Origin: Rhabdothermincola salaria
GTDB taxonomy: Bacteria > Actinomycetota > Acidimicrobiia > Acidimicrobiales > Acidimicrobilacustridaceae
Length of the DNA: 64,000 nt
Direction: 5' to 3'
NCBI RefSeq assembly: GCF_021246445.1
Contig: NZ_JAJQXW010000001.1
Span: forward strand, 496,001 to 560,000
Numbering within the stretch: the stretch's first letter is position 1; every line of letters starts with the position of its first letter. The notes under the pieces are model-generated. The model did no database searches. It had not been told where the DNA came from and saw only the letters and a program-made list of their open reading frames with translations. The translations under genes were made by a program, and so were the position numbers. This document shows positions 39,836 through 49,380 of this stretch, piece by piece.

Positions 39836-40549
39836 TCAGAGCTCGACGTGCACCGCGTGGGGGTGGGCGAGGGTGATCCGGGCATCGTGGAGGTCGGCCT
39901 CGAAGACGTGGCCTCCTGTGGAGCGATCCGCGGCCAGGAGGTGCAGGTGGAAGCCGGCGAACTCGAGGTCGCCGGCGTCGGGCGGGAAGCAGAACCCGAC
40001 CATCGTGCCGACCAGCTCGGGGACGGTGAAGTCGTGCTGGTCGGTGGCGAGCACCTCGGCCAGGGGCCGGTAGGGCGGGTGCTGGCGGGCGACCGATCGA
40101 AAGCGCACCGGCGCGAAGCGGCCCTCGACCCGCAGGGCGTAGCAGCCGTCGGGATCGGGCAGGTGCTCGCGGACGAGGGCCTCGAACCCGGCCCGGTCGA
40201 GAGGCCCGGTGACGTCGATGGTGGTCGCCTCGACCAGGTCGCAGAGCACGGCGAAGGGGACCCGGGCGGTGTCGGGGGCGAGCCGGGCCACGCCGTCGAC
40301 GTCGATGTCCCAGAACTCGCCGTCGACGACGACGAGCTCGCCGTCGAGGCCCTCGAGGGTGCCGATCCCGAAGTGGCCGAGCGGGCGCAGGTCGCCGACG
40401 GTGACGTCGCCCTCGTACGCGCCGGCCTGCACGTCCTGGGCGGTGTGGATCTGGATGATGTCGCCGGGGTCGTGGTCCTCGTCGGTGAGCTGGTCGCTGC
40501 GGAAGGTGTGCACGCGCAGGCGGTGGGCGAGGACGGGGTCGATCGTCAC
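39836..40549 (-). CDS. budA: Alpha-acetolactate decarboxylase
   Basis: GAYEG, GHFGIGTLEGLDGE, RSV..Q.PPY, zinc ligands GFHLH...GGHV. Confidence 0.88.
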   Translation of the reverse strand: MTIDPVLAHRLRVHTFRSDQLTDEDHDPGDIIQIHTAQDVQAGAYEGDVTVGDLRPLGHFGIGTLEGLDGELVVVDGEFWDIDVDGVARLAPDTARVPFAVLCDLVEATTIDVTGPLDRAGFEALVREHLPDPDGCYALRVEGRFAPVRFRSVARQHPPYRPLAEVLATDQHDFTVPELVGTMVGFCFPPDAGDLEFAGFHLHLLAADRSTGGHVFEADLHDARITLAHPHAVHVEL

Positions 40550-40964
40550 GGTCGTGGACCCTACCGACGAGCGGCGCCGTGTCGGGGTGGAAGTCGTCGG
40601 GCTGGTCGGGGAGCGGGCTCGATGTGGCTGCGCCCCAGGGGCCGGACCGGGCAGGCTGGATGTTGGCGGGCTGGTCGGGGACCGGGCGCGATGTCGTCGG
40701 TCTCGAGGGATCGGACCGGGCGGGGGTGCCGGGCTGGCTCTGGGCGGGAGCGGTGGCGCCGGCTCGCGTCACAGGCTCGCGTCACAGCGGGGTGGCGGAG
40801 CGAGCCGGTGTGGAGTCGCGCGAGGATCGGCGCTGGTCGCGTCGGCGGCGTGGCCGCTGCGGTGGGGATGCCGGCCGGGGTGGCCGACGTCGGCTCCGCA
40901 GCGCGTCGTGCCGACCAGGCCCGGCCCGCCCGGCCCGATCCCCGAACGGAGGCTCTCGATCGCT

Positions 40965-41180
40965 GTGACGTCCAGGATCTTCGACATCCCCGGTCTGCCC
41001 GCTCCGGCCCGACGAGCGCTGGTCCGCAACGGCTTGACGTCGTTCGAGGCCGTGGCGGCCTGCGACGAACGAGACCTCGCGGTCCTCCATGGTGTGGGCC
41101 AGCGCACCATCGAGGTGTTGCGTCGTGCCCTGGCCGAGCAGGGTCGAGGCTTCGGCGACCCCACCCCTCCGACTCGCTGA
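40965..41180 (+). CDS. Small helix-hairpin-helix (RNAP alpha-CTD-like) DNA-binding protein
   Basis: LPAPARRAL..NGL...DLAVLHGVGQRTIEVLRRAL; GGAGG RBS. Confidence 0.75.
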   Translation: MTSRIFDIPGLPAPARRALVRNGLTSFEAVAACDERDLAVLHGVGQRTIEVLRRALAEQGRGFGDPTPPTR

Positions 41181-41210
41181 CGGACTCGATCGCTGGCAGT
41201 CGCCGTGCGC

Positions 41211-41322
41211 GTACCTGTCGGATTTCGGCGCCGACAGGTGACGCCCTTTACCGCCAGGTTCGCGAGGGGGCGTGGCTGTCGGCGTTGGGCGTCGAGGGGT
41301 GGTGCTCCTTTTCCGACAGGTG
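41211..41322 (+). repeat. Diverged tandem pair of hairpin repeats, subfamily B (B4 41211-41260, B5 from 41272)
   Basis: GTACCTGTCGGATTTCGGCGCCGACAGGTGACGCCCTTTACCGCCAGGTTCGCG and GTGGCTGTCGGCGTTGGGCGTC...TTCCGACAGGTGCGCG; 61-nt period; lies between convergent genes. Confidence 0.75.
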
Positions 41323-41420
41323 CGCGAGTGAGTTGCGGGAGGGATGGCGCGCGGGGAGGGGGGTGAGCGGCGGGGGCTCGAGGAGGCGAACGCCCGGAGA
41401 GGTGGGCGCCCCGGGGGCGG

Positions 41421-43991
41421 CTACTCGTAGGTGAGCCAGGGGCCGGCGAGGGGTTGCTGGCCCCGGCCGGGGACGGTCCAGTCGCACACGCCGTCGGGGA
41501 AGATGGCGGCCAGGCGCTCGGCCTGGGCGGGGGTGAAGTCGACGGCGTAGACGTCGGAGGCGGCGTCGGCCGGCACGAGGGTGCAGGCGATGGTGGTGCC
41601 CACCAGCGGGGCCCCGGCCTGCTGGCGGGGGTCGGCGTGGAGGGGGAAGGCCTCGTTGCAGGGGCCGTCGAGCTCGTAGGCCTCGGGCCCGGTGAGCACG
41701 GCGCCGTCGGGGAGGCGGCAGCGGTCGGCGCCGTCGCCGGGGCGGGCCTCGGCCAGCAGGGCGGCGCGCACCGAGATGGCTCGCATCTCGTCGGGCGATG
41801 CCACGGCGCTCGGGCGGGCCCGGGCGTCATCCGCGTCACCCGAGTCGTCCGCCTCAGCCGAGTCGGCGGTGGGGGGAGGGTCGGTGTCGGGCGCGGCGGG
41901 CACGAGCGACCAGGCGCCGCTCCACGGGTCGCCGGCGCGGGGGACGGCCTCCACGCCGCCGTAGGAGTCTGCGGCCAGGGCGTCGGCGTCGGTGAGCCAC
42001 TCGTCGAGGAGGCGGACGGCTTCGAGGGTGGTGTTGTCGTGGCCCAGGGCGGCACCGAGGAGGCTGGCCAGATCGGTGATGCCGGGCCTCGACCACATGA
42101 CGAGGTTGGGGTTGGCGGTGCCGTCGCGGAGGGCCAGGCGGTCGCGGATGGCGTAGAGGCGTTGGCGGTCGTGGATGTCGCCGACGGGGTCGTTGTAGAC
42201 GCCGATGAGCAGCACGGGGACGTCGACCAGGCCCCCGGCGCCGTCGTGGGTGAGCGCTCCGCCGGTGGCGGTGGCGCTGCCGGCGGTGAGGCGTCCGTCG
42301 CGGTAGACGCGCTCGAGCACCTCGTCGGAGGCACGGGTGCGGGTGGGCTGCCAGTTGCCGTCGACGTCGTAGCCGCCGATGCCCTCGTTGAGGTCGAGGA
42401 ACTCGTCGACGGAGAGCACGCCCTCGTTGAGGGCGTCGAGCCCGTACTGCACGCCGGTGTTGTCGAGCGGGCTGAGGGCGTAGCCGGTCTCGCGGTCGGT
42501 GCCGAGGAGGTTGACGTTGGAGTCCTGCAGGGTGCAGCGCACGCCGCGGGGGTTCCTGTCGGGGTCGTACTCCTGCCCGGCGTCGAAGAGGGCTTCGGCG
42601 CAGCCGACCGACGGGTCGATGTTCTGCAGGTAGGTGGCCCGCCAGAAGGCGCAGGTGGTGGGGGAGGCGAAGCCGCTGATGGCCAGGCGCTGCTCGTCGG
42701 TGAGGTCGGCGCCCTCACCCGCGCCCTCGCCCGCGGCGTCGGACGGGTCGGCGCTGGTGCCGCCACCGAGCGCCAGCTCGAGCAGGGCGCCCAGCCCGCC
42801 GAGGCCGGTGCCGGCGTCGCCGTACCAGCGGCCCAGGAGCCCGCAGTCGGCCACGCCGCCGGCGATGCTCATGGCGTCGGGGAAGGGGATGGACGGGGCG
42901 ACGGCGTCGAGCAGGCCGGGGTAGTTCTGGGCGATGAGGAGCTGTTGGATGGCGCCGCCGGAGCCGCCCTCGCCGATGGTGTAGCGGGGCAGGCCGTAGG
43001 CCTCGCTGAAGTGCTCCTTGGCCACCATGACGGTCTCGGCGGCCACGACGTCGTTGCAGGCGGTGGCGAAGGTGGTGAGCGACGAGGCCGCCACCGCGTA
43101 GCCGTCGGCCAACAGGTCGGTGGCCAGGGCCGCACCGCTCTCCTCGCCCTGGCCGAAGGTGGCACCGCAGCCGCCGCCGAAGCGGTAGACGAGCCGGCCG
43201 TTCCACGCCGAGTCGTCCCACGCCCGCACCGGGGTGGGCCCGGGCGTGGTGCCGGCGGGGGCCCCGGGGTGGGGGTCGAGCATGGCGAAGGTGGTGATCG
43301 AGCGGTTGAGCACCGCCGTCTCGAGGCGAACGATGAAGGGACGGTCGCCGTCGAGCACGGCGACGTCGTCGGGCACCACCGCGGGGTCGGCGAGGTCGCG
43401 CAGCGTGCCGCTGGTGGTGCGATACATCCATCGGACCTGGCTGCGGGCCCAGCAGTCGTCCTCGGGCGGCCCCAGGCCGGCGGCTTCGGTGGTGCACACG
43501 AAGGGGCTCAGCTGGGGCCCGGAGATGAGGGGGCCGTCGACGGGGTGCACGTCGACGGTGAGCTCGGCTGCCTCGTCGTCGAGCGCCGCGGTGATGGTGC
43601 TCTCGCCGAGGGGGAGGCCCTGCACCACACCGACGAGGCGGGGTGGGGCGTCGGGGGCGGCGTGGGGGTCGTCGGAGAAGGTGAAGGCCGAGGTGACGTC
43701 GCGGCCGTCGACGTCGACGGAGACGTCGTCGAGCGACAGGCCGGTGGGGGAGTCGATGCCGACGAGCACGTTGCCGTTGGTGACGTAGGCGGCCGGGGTG
43801 GACAGCGACAGGATGCGCAGGGGGGCGTCGGGGTCGACGGAGGGGGCGACCGGGCCCGGACGGTCGGCCTCGTCGCCGCCACCGGTGCAGGCGGCGGCCA
43901 CCAGCGCCAGCGCCACGACCACCACCAGCCCCCTGAGCGCTCGAAGGGGACGAGCGGGCGGCGTGGTGAGGCGGCGGTGAGCGATCGGCAT
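41421..43991 (-). CDS. DUF6351-family secreted lipoprotein (tannase-like alpha/beta hydrolase)
   Basis: Lipobox VAAAC, WNGRLVYRFGGGC, TIGEGGSGGAIQQ...NYPGLLD, DNTGVQYGL, IFPDGVCDW. Confidence 0.8.
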   Translation of the reverse strand: MPIAHRRLTTPPARPLRALRGLVVVVALALVAAACTGGGDEADRPGPVAPSVDPDAPLRILSLSTPAAYVTNGNVLVGIDSPTGLSLDDVSVDVDGRDVTSAFTFSDDPHAAPDAPPRLVGVVQGLPLGESTITAALDDEAAELTVDVHPVDGPLISGPQLSPFVCTTEAAGLGPPEDDCWARSQVRWMYRTTSGTLRDLADPAVVPDDVAVLDGDRPFIVRLETAVLNRSITTFAMLDPHPGAPAGTTPGPTPVRAWDDSAWNGRLVYRFGGGCGATFGQGEESGAALATDLLADGYAVAASSLTTFATACNDVVAAETVMVAKEHFSEAYGLPRYTIGEGGSGGAIQQLLIAQNYPGLLDAVAPSIPFPDAMSIAGGVADCGLLGRWYGDAGTGLGGLGALLELALGGGTSADPSDAAGEGAGEGADLTDEQRLAISGFASPTTCAFWRATYLQNIDPSVGCAEALFDAGQEYDPDRNPRGVRCTLQDSNVNLLGTDRETGYALSPLDNTGVQYGLDALNEGVLSVDEFLDLNEGIGGYDVDGNWQPTRTRASDEVLERVYRDGRLTAGSATATGGALTHDGAGGLVDVPVLLIGVYNDPVGDIHDRQRLYAIRDRLALRDGTANPNLVMWSRPGITDLASLLGAALGHDNTTLEAVRLLDEWLTDADALAADSYGGVEAVPRAGDPWSGAWSLVPAAPDTDPPPTADSAEADDSGDADDARARPSAVASPDEMRAISVRAALLAEARPGDGADRCRLPDGAVLTGPEAYELDGPCNEAFPLHADPRQQAGAPLVGTTIACTLVPADAASDVYAVDFTPAQAERLAAIFPDGVCDWTVPGRGQQPLAGPWLTYE

Positions 43992-44160
43992 CGACCGCAG
44001 ACGCTACGGCACGGCCGTGCCCTCGGCCGGGCACCCCGGCGCAATCCCGGGCCGACGCCTGGGGAAGGCCGACGCCGAACCCGGGCATCGGGAGGCGCCG
44101 GGTCAGGTTCTCGCCAGGGTGGCGGAGCCACCGCGGAGAGCGTGCCTATGCTCGCCCTCC

Positions 44161-44832
44161 ATGACCAGGCGAGGTGGGGCTTCCAGCGGCGAGCCGAAGA
44201 CGGCCGACGTGCTGTTGGAGGTGACCATCCGCCTGCTCGGCGAGCACGGTGAGGGCGGTCTGCGCGTCGAGGACGTGCTCAGCGAGGCCGGTGCGTCGCC
44301 CAGCTCGCTGTACCACCACTACGGCAACCGCGACGGGCTGATCGAGGCGGCCCGGGTGATCATGTTCACCCGATCGGTCGCGAGCGACATCGAGGTGCTG
44401 CGGACCATCCTCGACGAGTCCGAGACGGGATCGGAGCTGCTCGAGCGGATCCTGCAGGTCAACCGGGCCGTCCAGGATCCGAACCGCGCCCCGCGACGGC
44501 GCGAGCGCTTGGCCATCCTGGGCTCGGCGGCCGACCGGCCGGCGCTGTGGGCGGCGCTGAGCGAGCAGCAGGACAACCTCACCGCGGTGACCGCCGAGCT
44601 GATCCGAGACGCCCAGGAGCGGGGCCTGATGCGCTCGGACCTCGATGCGCGGGCGGTGGCCTACTTCATCCAGGCCTACACGTTCGGCAGGGTGCTGTCG
44701 GACGTGGCGAGCGAGCCGGTGGACCCCGACGAGTGGATGCGGGTGGTGGATCTCGTGGTGAGCCAGTGGATCGTCACCGACGCCGACACCCCGACGAGCC
44801 CCCCCCGCCGCCGCCGGCGCCCCGCTCGCTAG
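44161..44832 (+). CDS. TetR-family regulator
   Basis: LRVEDVLSEAGASPSSLYHHYGNRDGL HTH; divergent from DUF6351. Confidence 0.88.
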   Translation: MTRRGGASSGEPKTADVLLEVTIRLLGEHGEGGLRVEDVLSEAGASPSSLYHHYGNRDGLIEAARVIMFTRSVASDIEVLRTILDESETGSELLERILQVNRAVQDPNRAPRRRERLAILGSAADRPALWAALSEQQDNLTAVTAELIRDAQERGLMRSDLDARAVAYFIQAYTFGRVLSDVASEPVDPDEWMRVVDLVVSQWIVTDADTPTSPPRRRRRPAR

Positions 44833-44867
44833 CCGCAGCCTTTCCTGGGGTCGTCGTGCCCCTCCTC

Positions 44868-44916
44868 CTAGTTGCATGGTTTCGGCGTGCTCCAGCACGC
44901 CGAAACCATGCAAGAA
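44868..44916 (+). repeat. 49-nt hairpin repeat, subfamily A (A6)
   Basis: CTAGTTGCATGGTTTCGGCGTGCTCCAGCACGCCGAAACCATGCAAGAA, near-perfect stem, opposite orientation to A1 and A2. Confidence 0.9.
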
Positions 44917-44937
44917 GCCGATGGGTGGGAACGCGGA

Positions 44938-44967
44938 GAAGGCCGGCCTCCTCGGAGGCCGGCCTTC
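44938..44967. terminator. Strong hairpin between convergent genes
   Basis: GAAGGCCGGCCTCC-TC-GGAGGCCGGCCTTC. Confidence 0.7.
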
Positions 44968-45022
44968 ACCGGTACAGGGGTCAGTCGTTGCCGACGATCC
45001 CCGTCACATGGCGGGAGTCAGT

Positions 45023-45496
45023 TCAGGCAGTGGCTCGCTTGCGCACCGCGAAGGTGACGAGGGCGCCGACGGCCAGCAGGGCGATGCCGAGCTGGGCGAT
45101 GGGGGCGGAGTCGCCACCGGTGTAGGGCAGGGCGCCAGCGGCGACCGGAGCGGGAGCCGGGCAGGGCACGTTGATGACCGACGAGCGGGACACGCCGCCG
45201 CCGGTGGCGACGAGGGTGTAGGTGCCGCACTCGGCCGGCATGGTGAAGGTGAAGGTGCAGTTGCCGGCGCCGTCGGTGGTGACCGAACCGAGAGCGGCAC
45301 CGTTGAGGGTGAAGTCGACGGCCGTGTCCGGCGGGAAGCCGACGCAGCGGGTGGTGACCTCACCGAGGACCTGCGCCGTGGGCGGGGTCTCGATGGTGGC
45401 ACCGGAGTACTCCTGCGCGCTGGCGGTGCCAGCGAAGGCGAAGATTCCGGCGAGCACGATCGCCAAGGCGGCGATCGAACGGGTGAGCTTGGTCAT
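45023..45496 (-). CDS. Small secreted LPXTG (sortase-substrate) protein
   Basis: Signal peptide ending ASA-Q, beta-rich four-Cys domain, LPYTG, TM helix, basic tail RKR. Confidence 0.85.
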   Translation of the reverse strand: MTKLTRSIAALAIVLAGIFAFAGTASAQEYSGATIETPPTAQVLGEVTTRCVGFPPDTAVDFTLNGAALGSVTTDGAGNCTFTFTMPAECGTYTLVATGGGVSRSSVINVPCPAPAPVAAGALPYTGGDSAPIAQLGIALLAVGALVTFAVRKRATA

Positions 45497-45738
45497 GGGG
45501 GGACCCTTTCGTCTGGGTGTTCGGACGACGGGCCTCCCGCCACGCCGTGCGGCAATGCTCCTACAGCCAGCACCACCTGGTCAATCACCGTAGTGCAATT
45601 CCTCCGCCCGTAGGGGGTTCTTCTTGGTCGGGGCCCGCGATGGCCGTCCATCGCTGCCCGACGGTGGATCGCGCTCGGGGGCATCCGCTCGGACGAGCTC
45701 CTGGGCGGAGAGCGCCCCGCGTGAGCTCGTGGGCTCGC

Positions 45739-48315
45739 TCAGCCGCCGATGGAGAACGGGGGGCCGAGGGGGCCCTCGAACTGCGGCGCCGCGCCCAGGT
45801 CGGGGGCACCTTCGATGCGCACCGTGAGCTGGTCGGGGTTGGCGGTGGGCTGGGGGAGCACCTCGAGGCGGTAGGGCCACGACGGCACCACCCCGGACAG
45901 CTCGAACACCACGGTGCGGGTGGCGCCGGGGCCCACGTCGACGGTGGTGGAGTACACGGGTTGGCCGAACTCGGTCTGGGCCTGCACCCCACCGGGCCGG
46001 CCGTCGACGGTGACGGTGTCGAGGCGGTGGGGGGAGTGGAGGGTGACCACCTGGCGGTTGGTGCCGAAGGGCAGGTCGTTTCTGTTGCCGAGGATGTAGC
46101 GGGGGAGGCCGTCGGCGGGGGCGTCGTTGCGCAGCGCGACGGTGATCGTGGAGGTGAGGGCGCCGGTCTCGGGGTCGACGACGGTGGCCACGTCGATGTC
46201 GCGGAACAAGAAGGTGTCGATCTTGTTGGCCAGCAGGTTGGCCGAGCGCACCGAGAGCACGTCGGAGCCGTCGGGCACCGACCACCGACCCGACAGGCCG
46301 ATGCGGTCGAAGAAGGCCTCGGGTCGCTCGTCGAACACCGACACGCGCAGGTGGCCGTCCTCGACGAGGGGGCCGAGGACGTCGGTGAGGTCGGTGATGC
46401 CGGGCAGGGGCCGGGAGGTGAGGGCGCTGAAGGTGGCGTCGGCCACGTCGCTCAGCAGCTCGCGGCGGTTCGGGTTGTCGCCGTCGAAGCGCACGTACTG
46501 CTCGACGAGGAGGAACTGCTCGGCGTTGTCGGCGCCGATGGTGAGCGTCTCGCCCTCGACCTCCACCTCCACCGGGCCGGTGAGGCGCAGCAGCCCGGCC
46601 AGGGCGGCGGGGTCGGCGTAGATGGCCCCGTCGATCTCGGTGCCGGCGGGCGTCTGGGGGTAGAGCTGGCCGATGACGTCGCGGTTGGTGGGCCAGTCCG
46701 GGCTGGCGCCGGTGTTGCCCACGAAGACCTCGACGAAGTAGGCGCCGTAGCGCTCCTCCCAGTCGGGGGGTGGGTCGAAGGCGTAGGGCGCGGCGAAACC
46801 GCCCTCGGGGTAGAGGCGGCCGATGTTGCCGGTCTCGACCAGGTTCAGGTCGCCGTCGGTGACGTCGAGCAGGCCGAAGGCGCCGATGAAGCCGCCGCCG
46901 TCCCGGCTCTCGGCCGGAGTGGACATGGCCACGAAGTAGCGGGCGGTGCCGTCGGCGCCGAGCAGGGCGGGGGCCACGGCGAGGGCCTCGGCCGCCAGCT
47001 CGGTCTGCTGGGACACATCGGCCAGCTCCTCGCGGAAGCGGTCGAGCTCGTCGTCGACCAGCCCGACCAGCCAGGGGGAGCGCACCGAGTCGACGGCGTC
47101 GAGGGCGCCGGTGACGGTGGTGGCGGAGTCGGCCACCGGCTCCTGCAGGGCCACGATCTGGGCCAGGTCGACCTGGCCGCCTTCGGCGGTGAGGGTGCGG
47201 TAGTCGGCGGTGGAGGCGGTGATGGCGGCGCTGTCGCCGAGGTCACCGCCGGCGGAGGCCACGGCGCGCAGGGCGTCGACGTGCTGGCCGACGACGGGCA
47301 CGTAGCGGCCGGCCCAGGTGAGGGGTCCCTCGAGGCGGTCGGAGGCCCGTTCGAAGTCGAGGGCGGCCAGGCCGAAGCTCTCGGCCGCGGCCGGGGTGTC
47401 GCCGGCCCGGATCAGGTCGAGGCCGTTGGTGGCCTGGTCCTCACCGGCTTCGAGTCGGGTGCGGGACTCGAGGGCGGCCACCGCGGCGCCGATCGACGCC
47501 AGGGCGACCACGGCGACCACCACGTAGGTGGCGCGGCGGGCGACCTTGCGTTCGCGGGTGCGGGCCATGCGGTAGCCGGACCACACGGCGGGCAGCACCG
47601 CGGCCGCGCCGACGAGGGTGGGGAGGCCCACGAAGCCGTAGTCGGGGCCGCGCAGCAGGGCCTGCACGGCGAAGGCGCCGATGAGGGCGGCGGTGAGGCG
47701 GTCACGGCGGTCGGAGAACACCACGATGCCGACCAGCAACAGGGCGGCCACGGCGCTGACCTTGGCGGTGGCGTCGCCGCCGATGCCGACCACGGCCGCC
47801 ACGCCGCCCAACCAGATGAGGGCCCAACGCCGGGCCCGGGAGGCGGCGAACACGACACCGGCGCCGAGCAGGGCGCACCACACCACGTCGGCGGCGCGCA
47901 GGCCCACCGGACGGGCGGGGGACAGGGCGGCCTCGATGGCCGAGACGGCGGCGACCACGGCGATGAGGGTGGGGGTCAGCTCGCGCAGCTTGCGGGCCAG
48001 GGGGCTGCTGGGCCGCCGGGCTCGTGCTCTCGTGCCCGGTCCGCTCGGCCCCCGGCCCGGTCCGGCGTCGCCGGCCGTTCCCCCGTCGCCCCAGTCGTCG
48101 CCTTCGTCCTCCGGGTCCTGGCCTGCACCCCCCGCGGAGGCGGCGGCCGCCGTCGCCCGCTGCTCGTCCACGAGGTCCGAGAAGAGGTCGCCCAGGTCGT
48201 GGCCGCCCGGGTCATGGTCGCGGCGGTCGGCGCCCGGGTCGGGGCCAACGCCCTCGCCAGGCGCCGTGGGGCGGCCGGAGAAGCGGGGATCGCGGGGGTC
48301 GGGGGGAGTGGTCAC
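45739..48315 (-). CDS. DUF4012 domain membrane protein
   Basis: N-terminal TM region, helical stalk, LLGADGTARYFV..STPAESR.GGGFIG, SPDWPT, IDGAIYADP, NKID. The GTG start overlaps the upstream stop. Confidence 0.85.
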   Translation of the reverse strand: MTTPPDPRDPRFSGRPTAPGEGVGPDPGADRRDHDPGGHDLGDLFSDLVDEQRATAAAASAGGAGQDPEDEGDDWGDGGTAGDAGPGRGPSGPGTRARARRPSSPLARKLRELTPTLIAVVAAVSAIEAALSPARPVGLRAADVVWCALLGAGVVFAASRARRWALIWLGGVAAVVGIGGDATAKVSAVAALLLVGIVVFSDRRDRLTAALIGAFAVQALLRGPDYGFVGLPTLVGAAAVLPAVWSGYRMARTRERKVARRATYVVVAVVALASIGAAVAALESRTRLEAGEDQATNGLDLIRAGDTPAAAESFGLAALDFERASDRLEGPLTWAGRYVPVVGQHVDALRAVASAGGDLGDSAAITASTADYRTLTAEGGQVDLAQIVALQEPVADSATTVTGALDAVDSVRSPWLVGLVDDELDRFREELADVSQQTELAAEALAVAPALLGADGTARYFVAMSTPAESRDGGGFIGAFGLLDVTDGDLNLVETGNIGRLYPEGGFAAPYAFDPPPDWEERYGAYFVEVFVGNTGASPDWPTNRDVIGQLYPQTPAGTEIDGAIYADPAALAGLLRLTGPVEVEVEGETLTIGADNAEQFLLVEQYVRFDGDNPNRRELLSDVADATFSALTSRPLPGITDLTDVLGPLVEDGHLRVSVFDERPEAFFDRIGLSGRWSVPDGSDVLSVRSANLLANKIDTFLFRDIDVATVVDPETGALTSTITVALRNDAPADGLPRYILGNRNDLPFGTNRQVVTLHSPHRLDTVTVDGRPGGVQAQTEFGQPVYSTTVDVGPGATRTVVFELSGVVPSWPYRLEVLPQPTANPDQLTVRIEGAPDLGAAPQFEGPLGPPFSIGG

Positions 48316-48893
48316 TCCGAGGCGCGGCCCTCGTCGGCGGTCGTTGTGGCGCCCTCGGTGGTGGCGGTGCCGGTGACGGGGATGGCGTGGTCGGCGCCTT
48401 CGTCCATGGCGGCGCTGATCTCGGAGGCCACCGCGGGCGGGAGGTTGGACCAGATGAGCTTGCCGTCGAAGCGGTTGAGCTCGCGCACCGCGGCTTCGTT
48501 GTCGGCGAAGTCGGTGAGCAGGCACAGGGCGGCGTGGCCGGGCTCGAGCAGACCTTCCATCTCCTTGATGAAGTCGTCGGAGATGCCCTTGTCGATGATC
48601 TTGGCCAGCAGGGCGCCGGCGCCGCCGGTGACGGCACCGGTGACGAGGCCGCCGACGGGGCCGGTGAGCAGGGTGCCGAACAGCAGGCCCCAGAAGGCGC
48701 CGCCGAGGCCGCCTTCGACGGGGGTCATGTCGGTGGTCTCCAGCTTGTGGGCCCGGCCGTCGGCGGTCTTGGAGATGACGACGGCGTCGTCGATGCCGAG
48801 CTTGCCGTCCTTGGCCAGGCGGCCGGCGGCCATCAACATCTCCTGGGCCTTCATGGGGTCGTCGACGGCGATCACGACGAGCTGCTGGGTCAT
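48312..48893 (-). CDS. DUF1269 family protein
   Basis: IDDAVVI, glycine zipper GGAFWGLLFG...GGAGAL, DKGISDDFIKE...PGHAAL. Confidence 0.85.
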   Translation of the reverse strand: MTQQLVVIAVDDPMKAQEMLMAAGRLAKDGKLGIDDAVVISKTADGRAHKLETTDMTPVEGGLGGAFWGLLFGTLLTGPVGGLVTGAVTGGAGALLAKIIDKGISDDFIKEMEGLLEPGHAALCLLTDFADNEAAVRELNRFDGKLIWSNLPPAVASEISAAMDEGADHAIPVTGTATTEGATTTADEGRASE

Positions 48894-49104
48894 CGGTGGC
48901 GGGGCCTTTCACGCGAGGGGCGGGCCGGCGGCCCGCGACGCGCCGCTCACTCTACGACGCGCCCCGCCGGCGGGAGGGCCGCCTGTCGCCCAGCGTGCGG
49001 GCGCCCGGGTCAGCGGGTGCCGAACGCTTCGAGGCGTGCAGGTGCCACTGGTGGAGGTGGCGTTGCGTCTCAGGGCGGGCCGGTTGACCTGAAGGAGGAG
49101 CAGC

Positions 49105-49380
49105 GTGGGGCTTCCGGAGGCGGCGCCGAGCGGCGGTCTAGCATCGCCGGACTTGGGCGAGATGTGGAAGGGACCCGTGGTGTCCGATGCCGCTGCCTCG
49201 CGGCGCGCCTCCGCATCGGCCTCAGGGGGCGCGGCGGCGGAGGTCGCGGGCGCGGTGGCGGCAACCTGCACGGTTCCGGTGGACGTGGTGGAGATCGACG
49301 GCGGCCATGTCTCGATGCTGCGGTCGCCGCACGCCGAGGCGATGGCGGCGGCCATCGTCGAGCAGGTGGGGGCGTCGTGA
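49105..49380 (+). pseudogene. C-terminal fragment of a thioesterase (alpha/beta hydrolase) domain
   Basis: VDVVEIDGGHVSMLRSPHAEAMAAAI resembles the catalytic-His end of NRPS/PKS TE domains; no GxSxG upstream; stop overlaps the next start. Confidence 0.45.

Noticed and set aside
40560..40800. Imperfect direct repeats (CGGGCTGGTCGGGGA twice; GGCTCGCGTCACA twice) upstream of budA
   Set aside because: Short, GC-rich, two copies each and unrelated to the A/B family; no function can be supported.
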